64,000 nt of DNA from an uncultured Gemmatimonadaceae bacterium (GTDB lineage Bacteria > Gemmatimonadota > Gemmatimonadetes > Gemmatimonadales > Gemmatimonadaceae). Below the pieces are notes generated by a model, which saw only the letters and a program-made list of their open reading frames with translations, ran no database searches and was not told the DNA's origin. The position numbers and the translations under genes are program-made. The stretch covers positions 3,232,001-3,296,000 of the forward strand of contig CAWJMB010000002.1 in the NCBI GenBank assembly GCA_963843845.1. Reading direction: 5' to 3'. This document shows positions 1-11,166 of this stretch, one piece after another. How positions within the stretch are numbered: position 1 is the first letter of the stretch; each line of letters begins with the position of its first letter.

Positions 1-945
1 GTCACGATCGGCGTCGACTGGCGGTCGCCGCGCGCCGCGCTCGCGATCGCCAACGTCGCGCAGGACCACTTCCTCGACCAGCGGCACGCGACCGAAGTCG
101 CCCGCATCGGGGAGAGCATCGCGATCCTCGAGCGGTACGTCGAGGGATCGCGCGCGACCATCGACAGCACGCTCGAGGCGATCGGCGCGTTCCCGCGACG
201 GCCGAAGGAGCCCGCGCCGCCCGCGTTCGGCGCGTCGGCGCCGCGGGCCGCGTCGACGCCGCGCAGCCGCGAGATCGCCGGCCTGCAGTCGACGCTCGCG
301 ACGCGCCGCGCGGCGATCCAGGACCTCACCGCGTCGCGTGCCGGACGCCTGTCCGCCGCGAACGCCGACCTGGCCGAGCTGCGCCGCAGCTACGGCCCCG
401 CGCATCCCGAGGTCGTCGCCGCGCAGGAGACCGTCGCGTCGCTCGCCGCGCCGTCGCCGCAGCTGCAGGCGCTGCGCGCCGAGGAGAAGGGCGTGCGCGA
501 GCAGCTCGCGGCGATCGGCGCACCGGAGTCGCCGGAGGCGCGCGCCGACGGCGCCGAGTCGCTCATCGCGCGGGCGACGATCGAGCGCCTCGTCCGCGCC
601 GACACACTCGACGACCCGAAGCTGACCTACGCACAGTCGCGACTCAAGATCGCGACCGCGTCGTACGAAGACCTGCTCGACCGCCTCGAAGGCGCGCGCA
701 TCGAGCTCGAGACGGCGCGGGCCGCGTTCAAGTACCGCTACAGCATCGTGACGCCGCCGCAGCTCCCGAAGCGCGCGGTGAGCCCGAACGTCGCCGCCAT
801 GCTGGGCGGCGGCGTGTTCCTCGCCGCCGCGCTCGCGCTGTTCGCGGCGGTCGTGTTCGATCTGTCGAGCGGCCGGGTGCTCGAAGCGTGGCAGATCCGT
901 CGCCAGCTCGCGCTGCCGGTGCTGGGCGAGGTGCCGAGGGCGTGA
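1..945 (+). CDS. Polysaccharide co-polymerase / chain-length determinant (Wzz/Wzc/GumC-like), 5'-truncated
   Basis: Frame open from base 1: VTIGVDW..., LRRSYGPAHPEVV, coiled coil, FKYRYSIVTPPQLP, then C-terminal TM and LPVLGEVP; no kinase domain. Confidence 0.8.
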   Translation, partial: VTIGVDWRSPRAALAIANVAQDHFLDQRHATEVARIGESIAILERYVEGSRATIDSTLEAIGAFPRRPKEPAPPAFGASAPRAASTPRSREIAGLQSTLATRRAAIQDLTASRAGRLSAANADLAELRRSYGPAHPEVVAAQETVASLAAPSPQLQALRAEEKGVREQLAAIGAPESPEARADGAESLIARATIERLVRADTLDDPKLTYAQSRLKIATASYEDLLDRLEGARIELETARAAFKYRYSIVTPPQLPKRAVSPNVAAMLGGGVFLAAALALFAAVVFDLSSGRVLEAWQIRRQLALPVLGEVPRA

Positions 946-2525
946 GGACGACACTGCCGGGGATCGGGGCGGGGGGATGGGGGATCGCCCGGCGATCGTC
1001 GTCCCGATCCTCCATCCCCGACCCCCGATCGCCGGCCCTTCCCCGCGGTACCTGGCTCGTCGCCGCCGTCGTATCGGCGAGCGTCGCCCTCCTCGTCGCG
1101 ACGGGGCAGCCTGCCGCCGCGCTCGCTCCGTTAGGCGGCGTGGCGATCGGCGCGCTGGTGCTGCGCGCGCCGCTGCGGTGGCCGCTCGTCGCGGTCATGG
1201 CGGCGGTGATGCTCGCCGACATCGTGGCGCAGCCGGCGAGCGCGGACAACCCGGTCGCGTTCGCGCCCGCGACGCGCATCCTGCAGCTGCTGCTCATCGA
1301 GAACCTGAACACGCTGACCGGCGTCGGCGCACTCAAGATCGCGGGGATGGAGCTGGCGCTGATCGCGTGCGCGCTGCTCGCCGGCGTGCGCTCGCTCGCC
1401 GGCGCCCGGGTGGACCGCGCCGGCGCCGACCGGTCGAGCGGGCTCGCGCTCGCGGTGAGCGCGGGGGCGTTCGTCGCCGTGCTCGCGATGGAGGGGTGGG
1501 GGGTGCTGCGGGGCGGCGCGGACGTGCGGCAATCGCTGTGGCAGTTCCGCCAGCTGCTGTTCCTCCCGGTGCTCACCGCACTGCTGCTCTACGCGCTGCG
1601 CGGCGTGCGCGACGGGCGCGCGCTGCTCGTGACGGTGACCGGCGTCGCGGCGCTCAAGGTCGCGATCGGGCTCTCGTTCTTCCTGCGCGTGCGCTTCGCC
1701 GGCGGCGCGAAGCCGCAGTCGGTCACGAGCCACGCGGACACGGTGCTCTTCGTCGTCGTGATGGCGCTGTGGGCCGGCGTCGCGGTGGACCGCTTCGCGT
1801 GGCAGCGCGTGCTCGCGGCGGCGGGTGCGTGGGCGTGGATGCTCGTCGGGATCGTCGTCAACAACCGGCGCACCGCGTTCGTGAGCCTCGCCGCGACGCT
1901 GTTCGTGCTGTTCACCGTGCAGCCGCCGCGGCGGCGCCAGCTCGTCGTGCGCGCCGCGATCTGCTGCCTGCCGTTCGGCGCGGCCTATCTGGCCGTCGGC
2001 TCGCGCGTGCAGACCGGCATCTTCGCCCCCGCGGCGAGCATCCTCTCGGTCACGCAGCAGAAGGACGCGTCGAGCGCGACGCGCGACATCGAGAACTACA
2101 ACCTCATCCAGACGCTGAAGCCGAACCGGCTGCTCGGTACGGGGTGGGGGCACGAGTACAACGAGCTCGTGAAGGCGTACGACATCGCCTCGATCTTCCC
2201 GCAGTACCGCTACGTCGCGCACAACAGCGTGCTGTGGCTGTGGAGCATCGGCGGCTTCGTCGGTTTCACCCTGCTCTGGCTGCAGGTCGCCGTCGGGGTC
2301 TTCCTCGCCGCGCGCAGCCACCGGTTCGCGCGGACGACGGCCGAGCGAGCGACGGCGTACGGCGCGCTCGCGGTGTTCACCGCCTACGTGATCCAGGCGT
2401 GGGCCGACATGGGCGTGATGAGCTGGACGACGGTGTCGCTCATGGCCTGCGCGCTCGCTCTCTCGGCGAAGCTCGCCGTGCGCACCGGCGCGATGCCGGC
2501 GCGCCTTCCCCTTCTCGCGAGGTGA
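942..2525 (+). CDS. O-antigen ligase / Wzy-type polysaccharide polymerase
   Basis: Many TM segments; NNRRTAF, LLGTGWG and YVAHNSVLWLW motifs; GTG start overlaps upstream TGA. Confidence 0.8.
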   Translation: MRTTLPGIGAGGWGIARRSSSRSSIPDPRSPALPRGTWLVAAVVSASVALLVATGQPAAALAPLGGVAIGALVLRAPLRWPLVAVMAAVMLADIVAQPASADNPVAFAPATRILQLLLIENLNTLTGVGALKIAGMELALIACALLAGVRSLAGARVDRAGADRSSGLALAVSAGAFVAVLAMEGWGVLRGGADVRQSLWQFRQLLFLPVLTALLLYALRGVRDGRALLVTVTGVAALKVAIGLSFFLRVRFAGGAKPQSVTSHADTVLFVVVMALWAGVAVDRFAWQRVLAAAGAWAWMLVGIVVNNRRTAFVSLAATLFVLFTVQPPRRRQLVVRAAICCLPFGAAYLAVGSRVQTGIFAPAASILSVTQQKDASSATRDIENYNLIQTLKPNRLLGTGWGHEYNELVKAYDIASIFPQYRYVAHNSVLWLWSIGGFVGFTLLWLQVAVGVFLAARSHRFARTTAERATAYGALAVFTAYVIQAWADMGVMSWTTVSLMACALALSAKLAVRTGAMPARLPLLAR

Positions 2526-2529
2526 GATC

Positions 2530-3858
2530 GTGACGATCGACCTGCTGCACGACGTCGCGCTCGCCGGCGCGGGGGTGCTCGCGCTCGCCGGCGTGCCCTT
2601 CGCCGCGGCGGGCGCCTACCTCGGCCTGCTCGGCGCGCTCTCGCGGCGAACGACGGCCCCGGCGCCCGGCGGCTCGACGCGATTCGACGTCGTCGTTCCC
2701 GCGCACGACGAGGCGTTAGGCATCTCGGCGACGGTGGCGAGCCTGCTCGCGGTGGACTACCCGCGCGACCGCTTCCGCGTGCTCGTCGTCGCCGACAACT
2801 GCACCGACGACACCGCCGCGCGCGCCGAGCGGGCGGGGGCGATGGTGCTCGTGCGGGAGGACGCGGCGCGGCGTGGCAAAGGCTACGCGCTCGAGCTCGC
2901 GTACGCGCGGAGCGCCGCCGACGGGTTCGCCGACGCCGTCGCCGTCGTCGACGCCGACACGCTCGTGTCGCCGAATCTGCTCGGCGCGTTCGCGGCGCGC
3001 ATCGAGCGCGGCGCGTCGTGCGTGCAGGCGCACTACGGCGTCCGGAACCTGTCGGCGTCGTGGCGCACGCGGCTCATGGGGGTCGCGCTCGCGATGTACC
3101 ACACCGCGCGGTCGCTGGGGCGCGAGCGACTCGGCGTGTCGTGCGGGCTGCGCGGCAACGGCATGGGCTTCACGCACGACGTGCTGCGCCGAGTGCCGCA
3201 TCACGCGTACTCGGTCGTCGAAGACGTCGAGCAGGGGGTCGCGCTCGGGATCGCCGGCGAGCGCGTGCGCTACGCGCCCGAGGCGGTGGTGCTCGGCGAG
3301 ATGCCGGCGACGGCCGACGCCGCGCGGTCGCAGCGCGAGCGGTGGGAGCGCGGGCGGTGGGCGTTGGTTCGCCGCTACGTGCCGATACTCCTCTCGGCGG
3401 CGCGGCGGCAGTTCGGCTCGCGCGGGTTCCGCGGCGCGCTCCTGCCGCTCGACCTCGCGGCCGACCTGCTGGTGCCGCCGCTCGCGACGGTCGCCGCCGG
3501 CACGCTGCTCGGCGCCGGCGCGACGGCGGGGGCGGCAGTCGCGCTGTACGAGCCGGGCGTCACGCCGGCGGCGTCGCTCACGGGGTCGCTCGCGGCGTGC
3601 GTGCTCGTCGGGGCGGCGCTCTGGGGGACCGCGGTGCTCGGCGTCGCGGTCTACGTGGCGCGCGGGTGCCAGCTCTCGGAGATCGGCGCGCGCGTCGTGC
3701 TCGACCTGCTCGCGGCGCCGGCCTACGTCGCCTGGAAGCTCACGCTCGTGCTGCACCCGACGAAGCGCGCCTCGACGGACTGGATCCGCACGCGGCGCGT
3801 CGGGGAGACCGTGATCGCGACCCCACCTCCTCCAGCAGACACGGAGCGCGCCGCATGA
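2530..3858 (+). CDS. GT2 family glycosyltransferase
   Basis: VVPAHDE, ADNCTD, GKGYAL, VDAD, VED and QRERW (QxxRW) motifs; C-terminal TMs. Confidence 0.9.
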   Translation: MTIDLLHDVALAGAGVLALAGVPFAAAGAYLGLLGALSRRTTAPAPGGSTRFDVVVPAHDEALGISATVASLLAVDYPRDRFRVLVVADNCTDDTAARAERAGAMVLVREDAARRGKGYALELAYARSAADGFADAVAVVDADTLVSPNLLGAFAARIERGASCVQAHYGVRNLSASWRTRLMGVALAMYHTARSLGRERLGVSCGLRGNGMGFTHDVLRRVPHHAYSVVEDVEQGVALGIAGERVRYAPEAVVLGEMPATADAARSQRERWERGRWALVRRYVPILLSAARRQFGSRGFRGALLPLDLAADLLVPPLATVAAGTLLGAGATAGAAVALYEPGVTPAASLTGSLAACVLVGAALWGTAVLGVAVYVARGCQLSEIGARVVLDLLAAPAYVAWKLTLVLHPTKRASTDWIRTRRVGETVIATPPPPADTERAA

Positions 3859-4436
3859 CCGCCGTCTCGATCTCGACCCGCCAGATGGCGTTCGACGTCA
3901 CGCAGCCGCCCGACCGACTCTCCGACCCGTCTTCGATGCCGAACGGCAGCAGCAGTAGCAGCGGCGGCAACAGTCTGCGCACGCCGGCCATCGGCCATCC
4001 CGTCGTCACCGACACCGCCGAGGAGACGCGGCCGTGGGACCGGCTGTGGTTCTCGTTGGGCGACCGGCCGTGGGCGACGGTGGCGATCGTGCCGGCGACG
4101 CCGGGGCAGTCGACGCTCGCCGCGGCGAACGCGCTCGCCGCCGCCGGCCGCGCGTACAACGAGTCCCCGGTCTACGTGCTCGACGCGGCGAGCGTACAGC
4201 CGGCGCAGGTCGGCAGCCTGCTGCGCGCCGTGCACGAGCGCGTGCGCGGCGGGGCGCGCATCGTGGTCGCGACAGCCTCGCCGGTCGACCGGCCGGCGAC
4301 CATCCCGGTGACGCGCGGCATGGACACGGCGGTGCTGCTCGTCGAGCTGGGCGCGGCCGACGTCGACGTGTCGCGGCGCGCGATCGCGGCGATCGGGGCG
4401 TCACACTTCGCGGGGGCGGTGACGTGGGCGGCCTGA
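3855..4436 (+). CDS. Stand-alone bacterial tyrosine (pseudo)kinase-like protein
   Basis: ATGA coupling to GT2; topology like the Wzc cytoplasmic domain ([33 protein letters not shown]) but no Walker A Lys or Tyr cluster. Confidence 0.55.
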   Translation: MTAVSISTRQMAFDVTQPPDRLSDPSSMPNGSSSSSGGNSLRTPAIGHPVVTDTAEETRPWDRLWFSLGDRPWATVAIVPATPGQSTLAAANALAAAGRAYNESPVYVLDAASVQPAQVGSLLRAVHERVRGGARIVVATASPVDRPATIPVTRGMDTAVLLVELGAADVDVSRRAIAAIGASHFAGAVTWAA

Positions 4437-5269
4437 CGGCGGAGCACGTCCGCATCGGCCGCTGCGTCGTGCGACGCGCCACGCGCGCCGGCGCGGTCGA
4501 CGCGATCGCCGATCTGGTCGCCGCGAAGACGGGCGGGATGGTGTTCACGCCGAACGTCGACCACGTCGTGATGTGCGAGGACGACGCGGCGTTCGCGGCG
4601 GCGTACGATCGCGCGGACCTCGTGTTCGCGGACGGCATGCCACTCGTGTGGGCGTCGAAGCTCACCGCGACGCCGCTCCCCGAGCGCGTCTCGGGCTCCG
4701 ACCTGGTGCGCCCGCTCGCGCGGCGGGCCGCTGCGGACGGGTGGCGCGTCTATCTGTTAGGCGGGCGCGCGGGTGCGGCGGCCGAGTCGGCGCGGCGGCT
4801 CACGGCGGAGTACGGCACGCACGTCGTCGGGATCGACGACGCCGTCGTACGGCTCGACGACGAGGAGGGGTATGCGGCCGTGCTGGCGCGGATCGCCGCG
4901 GCCCGCCCGGACCTCGTGCTCGTCGCGTTAGGCTCGCCGAAGCAGGAGGTCTGGCTCGGCCGCGTGCGCGCCGCGCTCTCGCCGGCGGTCGCGATCGGCG
5001 TCGGCGCGAGTCTGGACTTCGTCGCCGGCCAGGTGCGGCGCGCGCCGGCGTGGATGGCGCGCGCCGGCTTCGAGTGGCTGTTCCGCCTCTGCCAGGAGCC
5101 GGGGCGACTCTGGCGCCGCTACCTGCTTCGCGACCCGAAGTTCGTCTGGATCGTCCTTCGACAGATCCGGGAGTCGGGGATCGGGGCTCGGGGATCGGAA
5201 CGTCGATCGCCACCCGATTCCAGATCCCCGATCCCCGATCCCCGGCTCTCCCGCTCGCCCCAATGCTGA
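4424..5269 (+). CDS. WecB/TagA/CpsF family glycosyltransferase
   Basis: [54 protein letters not shown]; start approximate. Confidence 0.92.
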   Translation: MGGLTAEHVRIGRCVVRRATRAGAVDAIADLVAAKTGGMVFTPNVDHVVMCEDDAAFAAAYDRADLVFADGMPLVWASKLTATPLPERVSGSDLVRPLARRAAADGWRVYLLGGRAGAAAESARRLTAEYGTHVVGIDDAVVRLDDEEGYAAVLARIAAARPDLVLVALGSPKQEVWLGRVRAALSPAVAIGVGASLDFVAGQVRRAPAWMARAGFEWLFRLCQEPGRLWRRYLLRDPKFVWIVLRQIRESGIGARGSERRSPPDSRSPIPDPRLSRSPQC

Positions 5270-8200
5270 CCACTCCCGCCGCCGCCGCCCTCGCCCCCGA
5301 GCACGATCCGTTCGCCGGCCCGGCCATCGAGGCCGTCGTCACGACGACCGACCCGCAACGAGAGATCTGGGCCGCGACACGACTCGGAGACGCGGCGTCG
5401 CTCGCCTTCAACGAGGCGGTGACCGTGCGGCTGCGCGGGGCGCTCGACCGCTCGGCGCTGCTCGCGGCGGTCCGCGACGTCGTCGCGCGCCATGACGCGC
5501 TGCGGTCGGTCGTCACCGACGACGGCACGTCGCTCGTCGTCCACGCGGTGCCCGACGACGGCGCGGTCGACGTCTCGTTCGAGGAGCACGACTGGTGTGA
5601 GTCGCTCGTCGAGCGCGCGGTGAACGAGCCGTTCGATCTCGAGCGTGGTCCGCTCGTCCGCTTCGCGCTGCTGCGCGCGGCCGACGACGAGCACGTGCTG
5701 CTGCTGACGGCGCACCACATCGTGTGCGACGGGTGGTCGTTCGGCGTCATCGTCGGCGAGCTCGCGGCCGCGTACTCGGCGCGCGCCGCCGGCGACGCGC
5801 CGGTGCTCGCGCCGGCGGCGCAGTTCAGCGACCACGCGCGCACCGCACGCAGCGACGACGCGCGCGCCGCGACCGACGCCGCCGAGGCGTTCTGGGCGCG
5901 CGCGCTGGCGAGCGCGCCGGCGGCGCTCGACCTGCCGCTCGACCGGGCGCGTCCGGCGCGCCGCACGCACGCGTCGGCACGCGTCGACCACGTCGTTCCG
6001 GCGGCGCTCGTGCGCGACGTCGCAGCCGCCGGCGCGCGGAGCGGCGCCAGTCTGTACGCCACGCTCGTCGCCGGCTTCGGCGCGCTGCTGCACCGGCTCA
6101 CCGGACAGGACGACGTCGTCGTCGGGATCCCGGCGGCCGGGCAGGCGGCGGCAGGCGCGCCGTCGCTCGTCGGGCACTGCGTGGCGATGCTGCCGCTGCG
6201 CCTCAGGGTCGACGCGGCGTCGTCGTTCGCGGCGCTCACGGCGTCGACGCGCGGCGCGCTGCTCGACGCGCTCGAGCACCAGGCGGCGTCGCTCGGCACG
6301 CTGCTCGCCCGCCTCCCGGCGGCGCGCGACGCGAGCCGCCCGCCCCTCATCGCCGCGACGTTCAACCTCGAGCGCGAGCCCGCGGGCGGCGCCCCGGCGT
6401 TCGCCGGGCTCGCGAGCGAGGTGCGCACCGTGCCGCGGACGCACGAGACGTTCGAGCTGTTCGTGAACGCCGTCGAGCGCGGCGGCGCGCTGGCGATCGA
6501 ATGTCAGTACAACACCGCGCTGTTCGACCGCGAGACGGTCGCGCGCTGGCTCGCGTCGTACGAGCAGCTGCTCGCGAGCGCCGCGGCGCGCCCCGAGACG
6601 CCGGTCGAGGCGCTCGCCGCGCGCACCGCCGCCGACGACGCGGTGGACGCGGCGGGCGCCGCGGCCGAGCTGGCGCCGGGGCCGACGACGGTCGCCGCGC
6701 TGCTGAACGACGGCATCGCGGCGGCGATCGCGCGCGCGCCGCACGCGGTCGCCGTCGAGAGCGATGCCGGCTCGCTGACCTACGCCGAGCTGGATCGCCG
6801 TGCGAACCAGCTCGCGCACCGTCTGCGCCGCGACGGCATCCGACGCGGGTCGCGCGTCGGCGTGTGTGTGCCGCGCACGCCCGATCTGCTCGTCGCCCTC
6901 GTCGGCGTGGTGCGCGCCGGCGCCGCCTACGTGCCGCTCGACCCCGAGTACCCGACCGAGCGACTCGCGCTCATGGCGCACGACGCCGGGCTCGACGCGC
7001 TGGTCACGGTCGCCGCGCTCGTGCCGTGCGCTCCCGCCGCCGCGCGGCACGTGCTGCTCGACGACGCGCTGGAGCCGATCACCGCCGAGCCGGCGACGCC
7101 GCCGCCGGCCGTGCCGAACGATGCGCGCGCGGTGCGCGCCGACGACGCGGCGTACGTCATCTACACGTCGGGGTCGACCGGCACGCCGAAGGGCGTCGTG
7201 GTGCCGAACGGCGCCGCGGCGAATCTGCTGCGCGCGGTCGCGGCGTCGCCGGGCATGACCGAGCGCGACGTGGTCCTCGCGATCACGACGCTGTCGTTCG
7301 ACATCGCGCTCTCCGAGCTCGTGCTGCCCCTCACGGTCGGCGCGCGCATCGTGCTCGCGACGCGGGAGCAGGCGTCGGACGGCGCGCTGCTGCGCCGACT
7401 CGTCGAGCGGCGGGGGATCACGTTCGTCGACGCGACGCCGGCGACGTATCGCCTGCTGCTCGGCGCCGGCTGGACGGGCGCGCCGCACGTCCGCGCGATC
7501 TGCACCGGCGAGGCGATGCCGCTCGACCTGGCGCGCGAGCTGCTGCCGCGCGTCGGCGCGCTGTGGAACGGCTACGGCCCGACCGAGACGACCGTGTGGG
7601 CGACGTTCTGGAAGGTCACCGCGCCGCTCGACCGTGTGCTCATCGGCACCCCGATCGCCGGACTCCGCGCCCATGTCCTCGACCGGCTCGGCCGCCCGGT
7701 GCCGACCGGGGCGGTCGGCGAGCTCTACATCGGCGGGCGCGGCGTCGCGACGGGCTATCACGCGCGGCCGGAGCTGACGGCGGAGCGGTTCGTGGCGGAT
7801 CCGTTCGCCACGGCCGGGGAGCGGGGATGGGGGATGGGGGATCGCGTGCCGAGCGCGGTCCCGACGCCCGACGCCCGATCCCCGCTCCCCGGCCCGCGCA
7901 TGTACCGCACCGGCGACCTCGTGCGCCGTCTCGGCGACGGCTCGCTCGAATGCCTGGGCCGCACCGACCACCAGGTGAAGCTGCGCGGCTATCGCATCGA
8001 GCTCGGCGAGATCGAGGCCGCGCTCGCGTGGCACGTGAGCGTTCGGCAGTGCGTCGTCGTGGCGCGCGAGGACCGGCCGGGCGATCGGCGGCTCGTGGCG
8101 TACCTCGTCGGCGACGCGACGGACGACGAGCTGCTGCGCGCGCATCTTCGCCGCACGCTCCCCGAGTACATGGTGCCGGCCGCGTTCGTGCGGCTCGCGC

Positions 8201-11166
8201 GCCTGCCGCTGTCGCCGAGCGGCAAGGTCGATCGCCGCGCCCTTCCGGCGCCGGAGCCGCGCGACGTGCCGCAGACCGCCTTCGTCGCGCCGCGCACGCC
8301 GACCGAACGGTCGATCGCCGGCCTGTGGGCCGAGACGCTCGGCGTCGCGCGGGCGAGCGTGCACGACGACTTCTTCGCGCTCGGCGGGCACTCGCTGCTC
8401 GCCTCGCAGCTCCTCGCGCGCCTGCGTCGCGACCACGGCGTCGAGCTCGCGTTCCGCACGATCTTCGAGGCGCCGACGATCGCCCGGCTCGCCGCCGAGG
8501 TCGACCTCGTGCGCGCCGCGGCGGACGCGGCGGACGCGGCCGACGTGCGGCGCACGGAGCTCGTGCACCTCGCGGAGCAGACCGTCGCGCCGATCTCGAT
8601 GCTCCAGGAGCGCATCTGGCGGCTCGAGGAGATGAACGAGCAGTCGGCGCCCGCGCACATGCACCCCGCCGCGTGGCGGCTGCGCGGCACACTCGACGTG
8701 CCCGCGCTCGAGCGCGCCGTGCAGCGGTTCGCCGACCGCCAGTCGATCATGCGGACGAGCTTCCACGTCGTCGACGGTGAGTACGTGCAGCGCGTCGCGC
8801 CGTACGTGGTGCTCCCGCTCTCGAAGCTCGACCTCGCGGGGCTGCCGGCCGACGAGCGCGAGCGGCGGCTCGCCGCGTGGGCGCTCGACGAGCAGAGTCG
8901 GCCGTTCGACCTCACGGCGCCGCTGCTCCGCGCGACGCTCGTGCGGCTCACGCCGACCGAGCACGTGCTGTACACGCTGCAGCACTCGATGATCTGGGAC
9001 GGCTGGTCGTTCGACGTGTTCCTGAACGAGGTCGCGGAGCTGTACGCGGCGAGCGTCGAGGCCCGCACGCCGAACGTTCCCGAGCTCCCGATCACGTACG
9101 CCGACTTCGCCGCGTGGCAGCGCGATCGCCTCGCCGGCCCCGAACTGGCCGAGCACGTCGCGTGGTGGCGCGAGCACCTGGCGGGCGAGCTGCCGGCGCT
9201 CGCGCTCCCCACGGATCACGCGCGCGCCGCGGCGGCGACGTTCGCCGGCGGCCGCGTCTCGTGTCTGCTCTCGTCCGACGAGATGGGCGCGCTCCGCGCG
9301 GTCGCGCACGCGCACAACGTCACGCCGTTCGTCGTCTTCCTCGGCCTCTACGAGGTGCTGCTGCACCGGTGGACGGGACAGACCGACCTCATCATCGGCG
9401 CGCCGATGCGCGGGCGGACGCGCGCGGAGCTCGAGCACATCGCCGGGCCGCTCGTCAACACGCTGCCGCTGCGCCTGCGCGTCGATCCGTCGCAGTCGTT
9501 CGCCGCGCTGCTGGCCGCGGCACGCGCCGTGAGCCTCGACGCGTTCAGCCGCCCGGAGATCCCGGTCGAGCTGTTAGGCCACCGCCCGCCCGCGCTGCGC
9601 GCGATCCTCTCGATGCAGGACGCGCGCGGACGCCCCGAGGCGATGAGCGACGTGCGCATCGAGCAGTGGTATCCGGCCGAGCGCTACGCGGCCGCCGACC
9701 TCACGCTGTGGGCGAAGGAGACGGCGTCGGAGCTCCGCGTCGTCATGAACTTCAACGCGGACCTGTTCGACGCCGCGACGGTGGGGCGCATGCTCGCGCA
9801 GTTCCGGCGCCTGCTCGTCGCGGTCGCCGCGGACGCGGCGTGTCCGCTGCACGAGCTGCCCCTGCTCGACGACGCGGAGCGCCGGGTCGCGTGCGGCTTC
9901 GCCGACGCCGGGCGCCCGACGCTCGCCGCGCGACTCGGCGCGACGTCGAGCGACACGATCGTCAGCGCGCTGTCGATCCTCGATCCCTCCGCGTCGGTCG
10001 TCGAGCAGCTCGCCTCGGAGTCGCGCGCACTGCTCGTCGCGCTCGACGAAGACGACGCCGACGATCCGGACACGCTCGCCGAACGGCTGCACGACGCGAC
10101 GATCGCGGTCGCCCCGCTCGACCGCTGGCGCGACCTCGCGTCGATCGGCTGGCTGCCGCCGTCGACGCTGCGCTGCCTCGTCAGCGACGGCGAGTGCGCC
10201 GACGCGCACGCGATCGCCGCCGCGTTCCCCGCCGACGCCGATGTCCTCGTCGCGGTCGGGAGCACGAGCGGGCACGGGTGGCTCACGCTGCACACGCTGG
10301 TCCGCGCCGCCGGCCGCCCGACGCTCGCGGCCGGCGCGCCCCTCGGCGGGGCGGCGCTCGTCGTCGTCGACGCGCACGACCACCCTGCACCGCTCGGCGT
10401 GTTCGGCCGGCTGCACGTGACGACGCCCGACGGGGCGCGCGCGCCGACGGGACTCGTCGCGCGCCGCACGGCCTCGGGCGAGATCGACGTCGACCGCTCG
10501 GCGCTCGCCGTGCGGCGCGGCGTGCCGGTTCCGCTGCGCGCCGTCGAGACCGCGTTAGGCACCCACCCCGCGATCGCCGACGCCGCGGCCGCGGTGCACC
10601 CCGACGCGGAGGGCTTCGCCCAGATCGTCGCGTACGTCGTCGTCCACCCGGGCGCCGTGTACACCGACACCGAGCTCCGCGCCCGCGTCCGCGCGACCCT
10701 TCCCGCGTCGATGGCGCCGCAGACGGTCGTGCGGTGCAGCGAGCTGCCCGACGGCGATGCGCTCGAGCGTCGGTCGCGGCTCGCGACGCCGTACCGCGCC
10801 GCGGGCGACGACGCGCGGCGCGAGCTGCCGGCGGACGACGCGGAGCGCGCGCTCGCCGCGGTCTGGTGCGAGCTGTTGGGCATCGCCGCCGTCGCCCGCG
10901 ACGACAACTTCTTCGCGCTCGGCGGATTCTCGCTGCTCTGCTTCCGCGCGATCGACCGCGTCGAGCGGCTGACGGGGGTGCGCCTCAGTCCACGCGCATT
11001 CCTCGTCGGGACCCTCGCGCAGGTCGCGGCGCCGCTCGCCGGCGCGACGTGGCGCGCGACGCCGCTCGACGCGCCCGCGGTGCGCCCGGCGCCACGCCAC
11101 CAGCCCGCCGACGCGCCGCGCCGCATGTTCGGCCGCCTCCGCGGCCTGCTCGGCAGGAGCGCGTGA
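5263..11166 (+). CDS. Non-ribosomal peptide synthetase: C-A-T-C-(degenerate A)-T
   Basis: [54 protein letters not shown]; second C with HSMIWDG; final PCP GGFSLL. Confidence 0.93.
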   Translation: MLTTPAAAALAPEHDPFAGPAIEAVVTTTDPQREIWAATRLGDAASLAFNEAVTVRLRGALDRSALLAAVRDVVARHDALRSVVTDDGTSLVVHAVPDDGAVDVSFEEHDWCESLVERAVNEPFDLERGPLVRFALLRAADDEHVLLLTAHHIVCDGWSFGVIVGELAAAYSARAAGDAPVLAPAAQFSDHARTARSDDARAATDAAEAFWARALASAPAALDLPLDRARPARRTHASARVDHVVPAALVRDVAAAGARSGASLYATLVAGFGALLHRLTGQDDVVVGIPAAGQAAAGAPSLVGHCVAMLPLRLRVDAASSFAALTASTRGALLDALEHQAASLGTLLARLPAARDASRPPLIAATFNLEREPAGGAPAFAGLASEVRTVPRTHETFELFVNAVERGGALAIECQYNTALFDRETVARWLASYEQLLASAAARPETPVEALAARTAADDAVDAAGAAAELAPGPTTVAALLNDGIAAAIARAPHAVAVESDAGSLTYAELDRRANQLAHRLRRDGIRRGSRVGVCVPRTPDLLVALVGVVRAGAAYVPLDPEYPTERLALMAHDAGLDALVTVAALVPCAPAAARHVLLDDALEPITAEPATPPPAVPNDARAVRADDAAYVIYTSGSTGTPKGVVVPNGAAANLLRAVAASPGMTERDVVLAITTLSFDIALSELVLPLTVGARIVLATREQASDGALLRRLVERRGITFVDATPATYRLLLGAGWTGAPHVRAICTGEAMPLDLARELLPRVGALWNGYGPTETTVWATFWKVTAPLDRVLIGTPIAGLRAHVLDRLGRPVPTGAVGELYIGGRGVATGYHARPELTAERFVADPFATAGERGWGMGDRVPSAVPTPDARSPLPGPRMYRTGDLVRRLGDGSLECLGRTDHQVKLRGYRIELGEIEAALAWHVSVRQCVVVAREDRPGDRRLVAYLVGDATDDELLRAHLRRTLPEYMVPAAFVRLARLPLSPSGKVDRRALPAPEPRDVPQTAFVAPRTPTERSIAGLWAETLGVARASVHDDFFALGGHSLLASQLLARLRRDHGVELAFRTIFEAPTIARLAAEVDLVRAAADAADAADVRRTELVHLAEQTVAPISMLQERIWRLEEMNEQSAPAHMHPAAWRLRGTLDVPALERAVQRFADRQSIMRTSFHVVDGEYVQRVAPYVVLPLSKLDLAGLPADERERRLAAWALDEQSRPFDLTAPLLRATLVRLTPTEHVLYTLQHSMIWDGWSFDVFLNEVAELYAASVEARTPNVPELPITYADFAAWQRDRLAGPELAEHVAWWREHLAGELPALALPTDHARAAAATFAGGRVSCLLSSDEMGALRAVAHAHNVTPFVVFLGLYEVLLHRWTGQTDLIIGAPMRGRTRAELEHIAGPLVNTLPLRLRVDPSQSFAALLAAARAVSLDAFSRPEIPVELLGHRPPALRAILSMQDARGRPEAMSDVRIEQWYPAERYAAADLTLWAKETASELRVVMNFNADLFDAATVGRMLAQFRRLLVAVAADAACPLHELPLLDDAERRVACGFADAGRPTLAARLGATSSDTIVSALSILDPSASVVEQLASESRALLVALDEDDADDPDTLAERLHDATIAVAPLDRWRDLASIGWLPPSTLRCLVSDGECADAHAIAAAFPADADVLVAVGSTSGHGWLTLHTLVRAAGRPTLAAGAPLGGAALVVVDAHDHPAPLGVFGRLHVTTPDGARAPTGLVARRTASGEIDVDRSALAVRRGVPVPLRAVETALGTHPAIADAAAAVHPDAEGFAQIVAYVVVHPGAVYTDTELRARVRATLPASMAPQTVVRCSELPDGDALERRSRLATPYRAAGDDARRELPADDAERALAAVWCELLGIAAVARDDNFFALGGFSLLCFRAIDRVERLTGVRLSPRAFLVGTLAQVAAPLAGATWRATPLDAPAVRPAPRHQPADAPRRMFGRLRGLLGRSA

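Noticed and set aside
4573..5262. N-terminal extension of the NRPS ORF
   Set aside because: Overlaps the WecB/TagA gene out of frame; ATG 5263 is coupled to its stop
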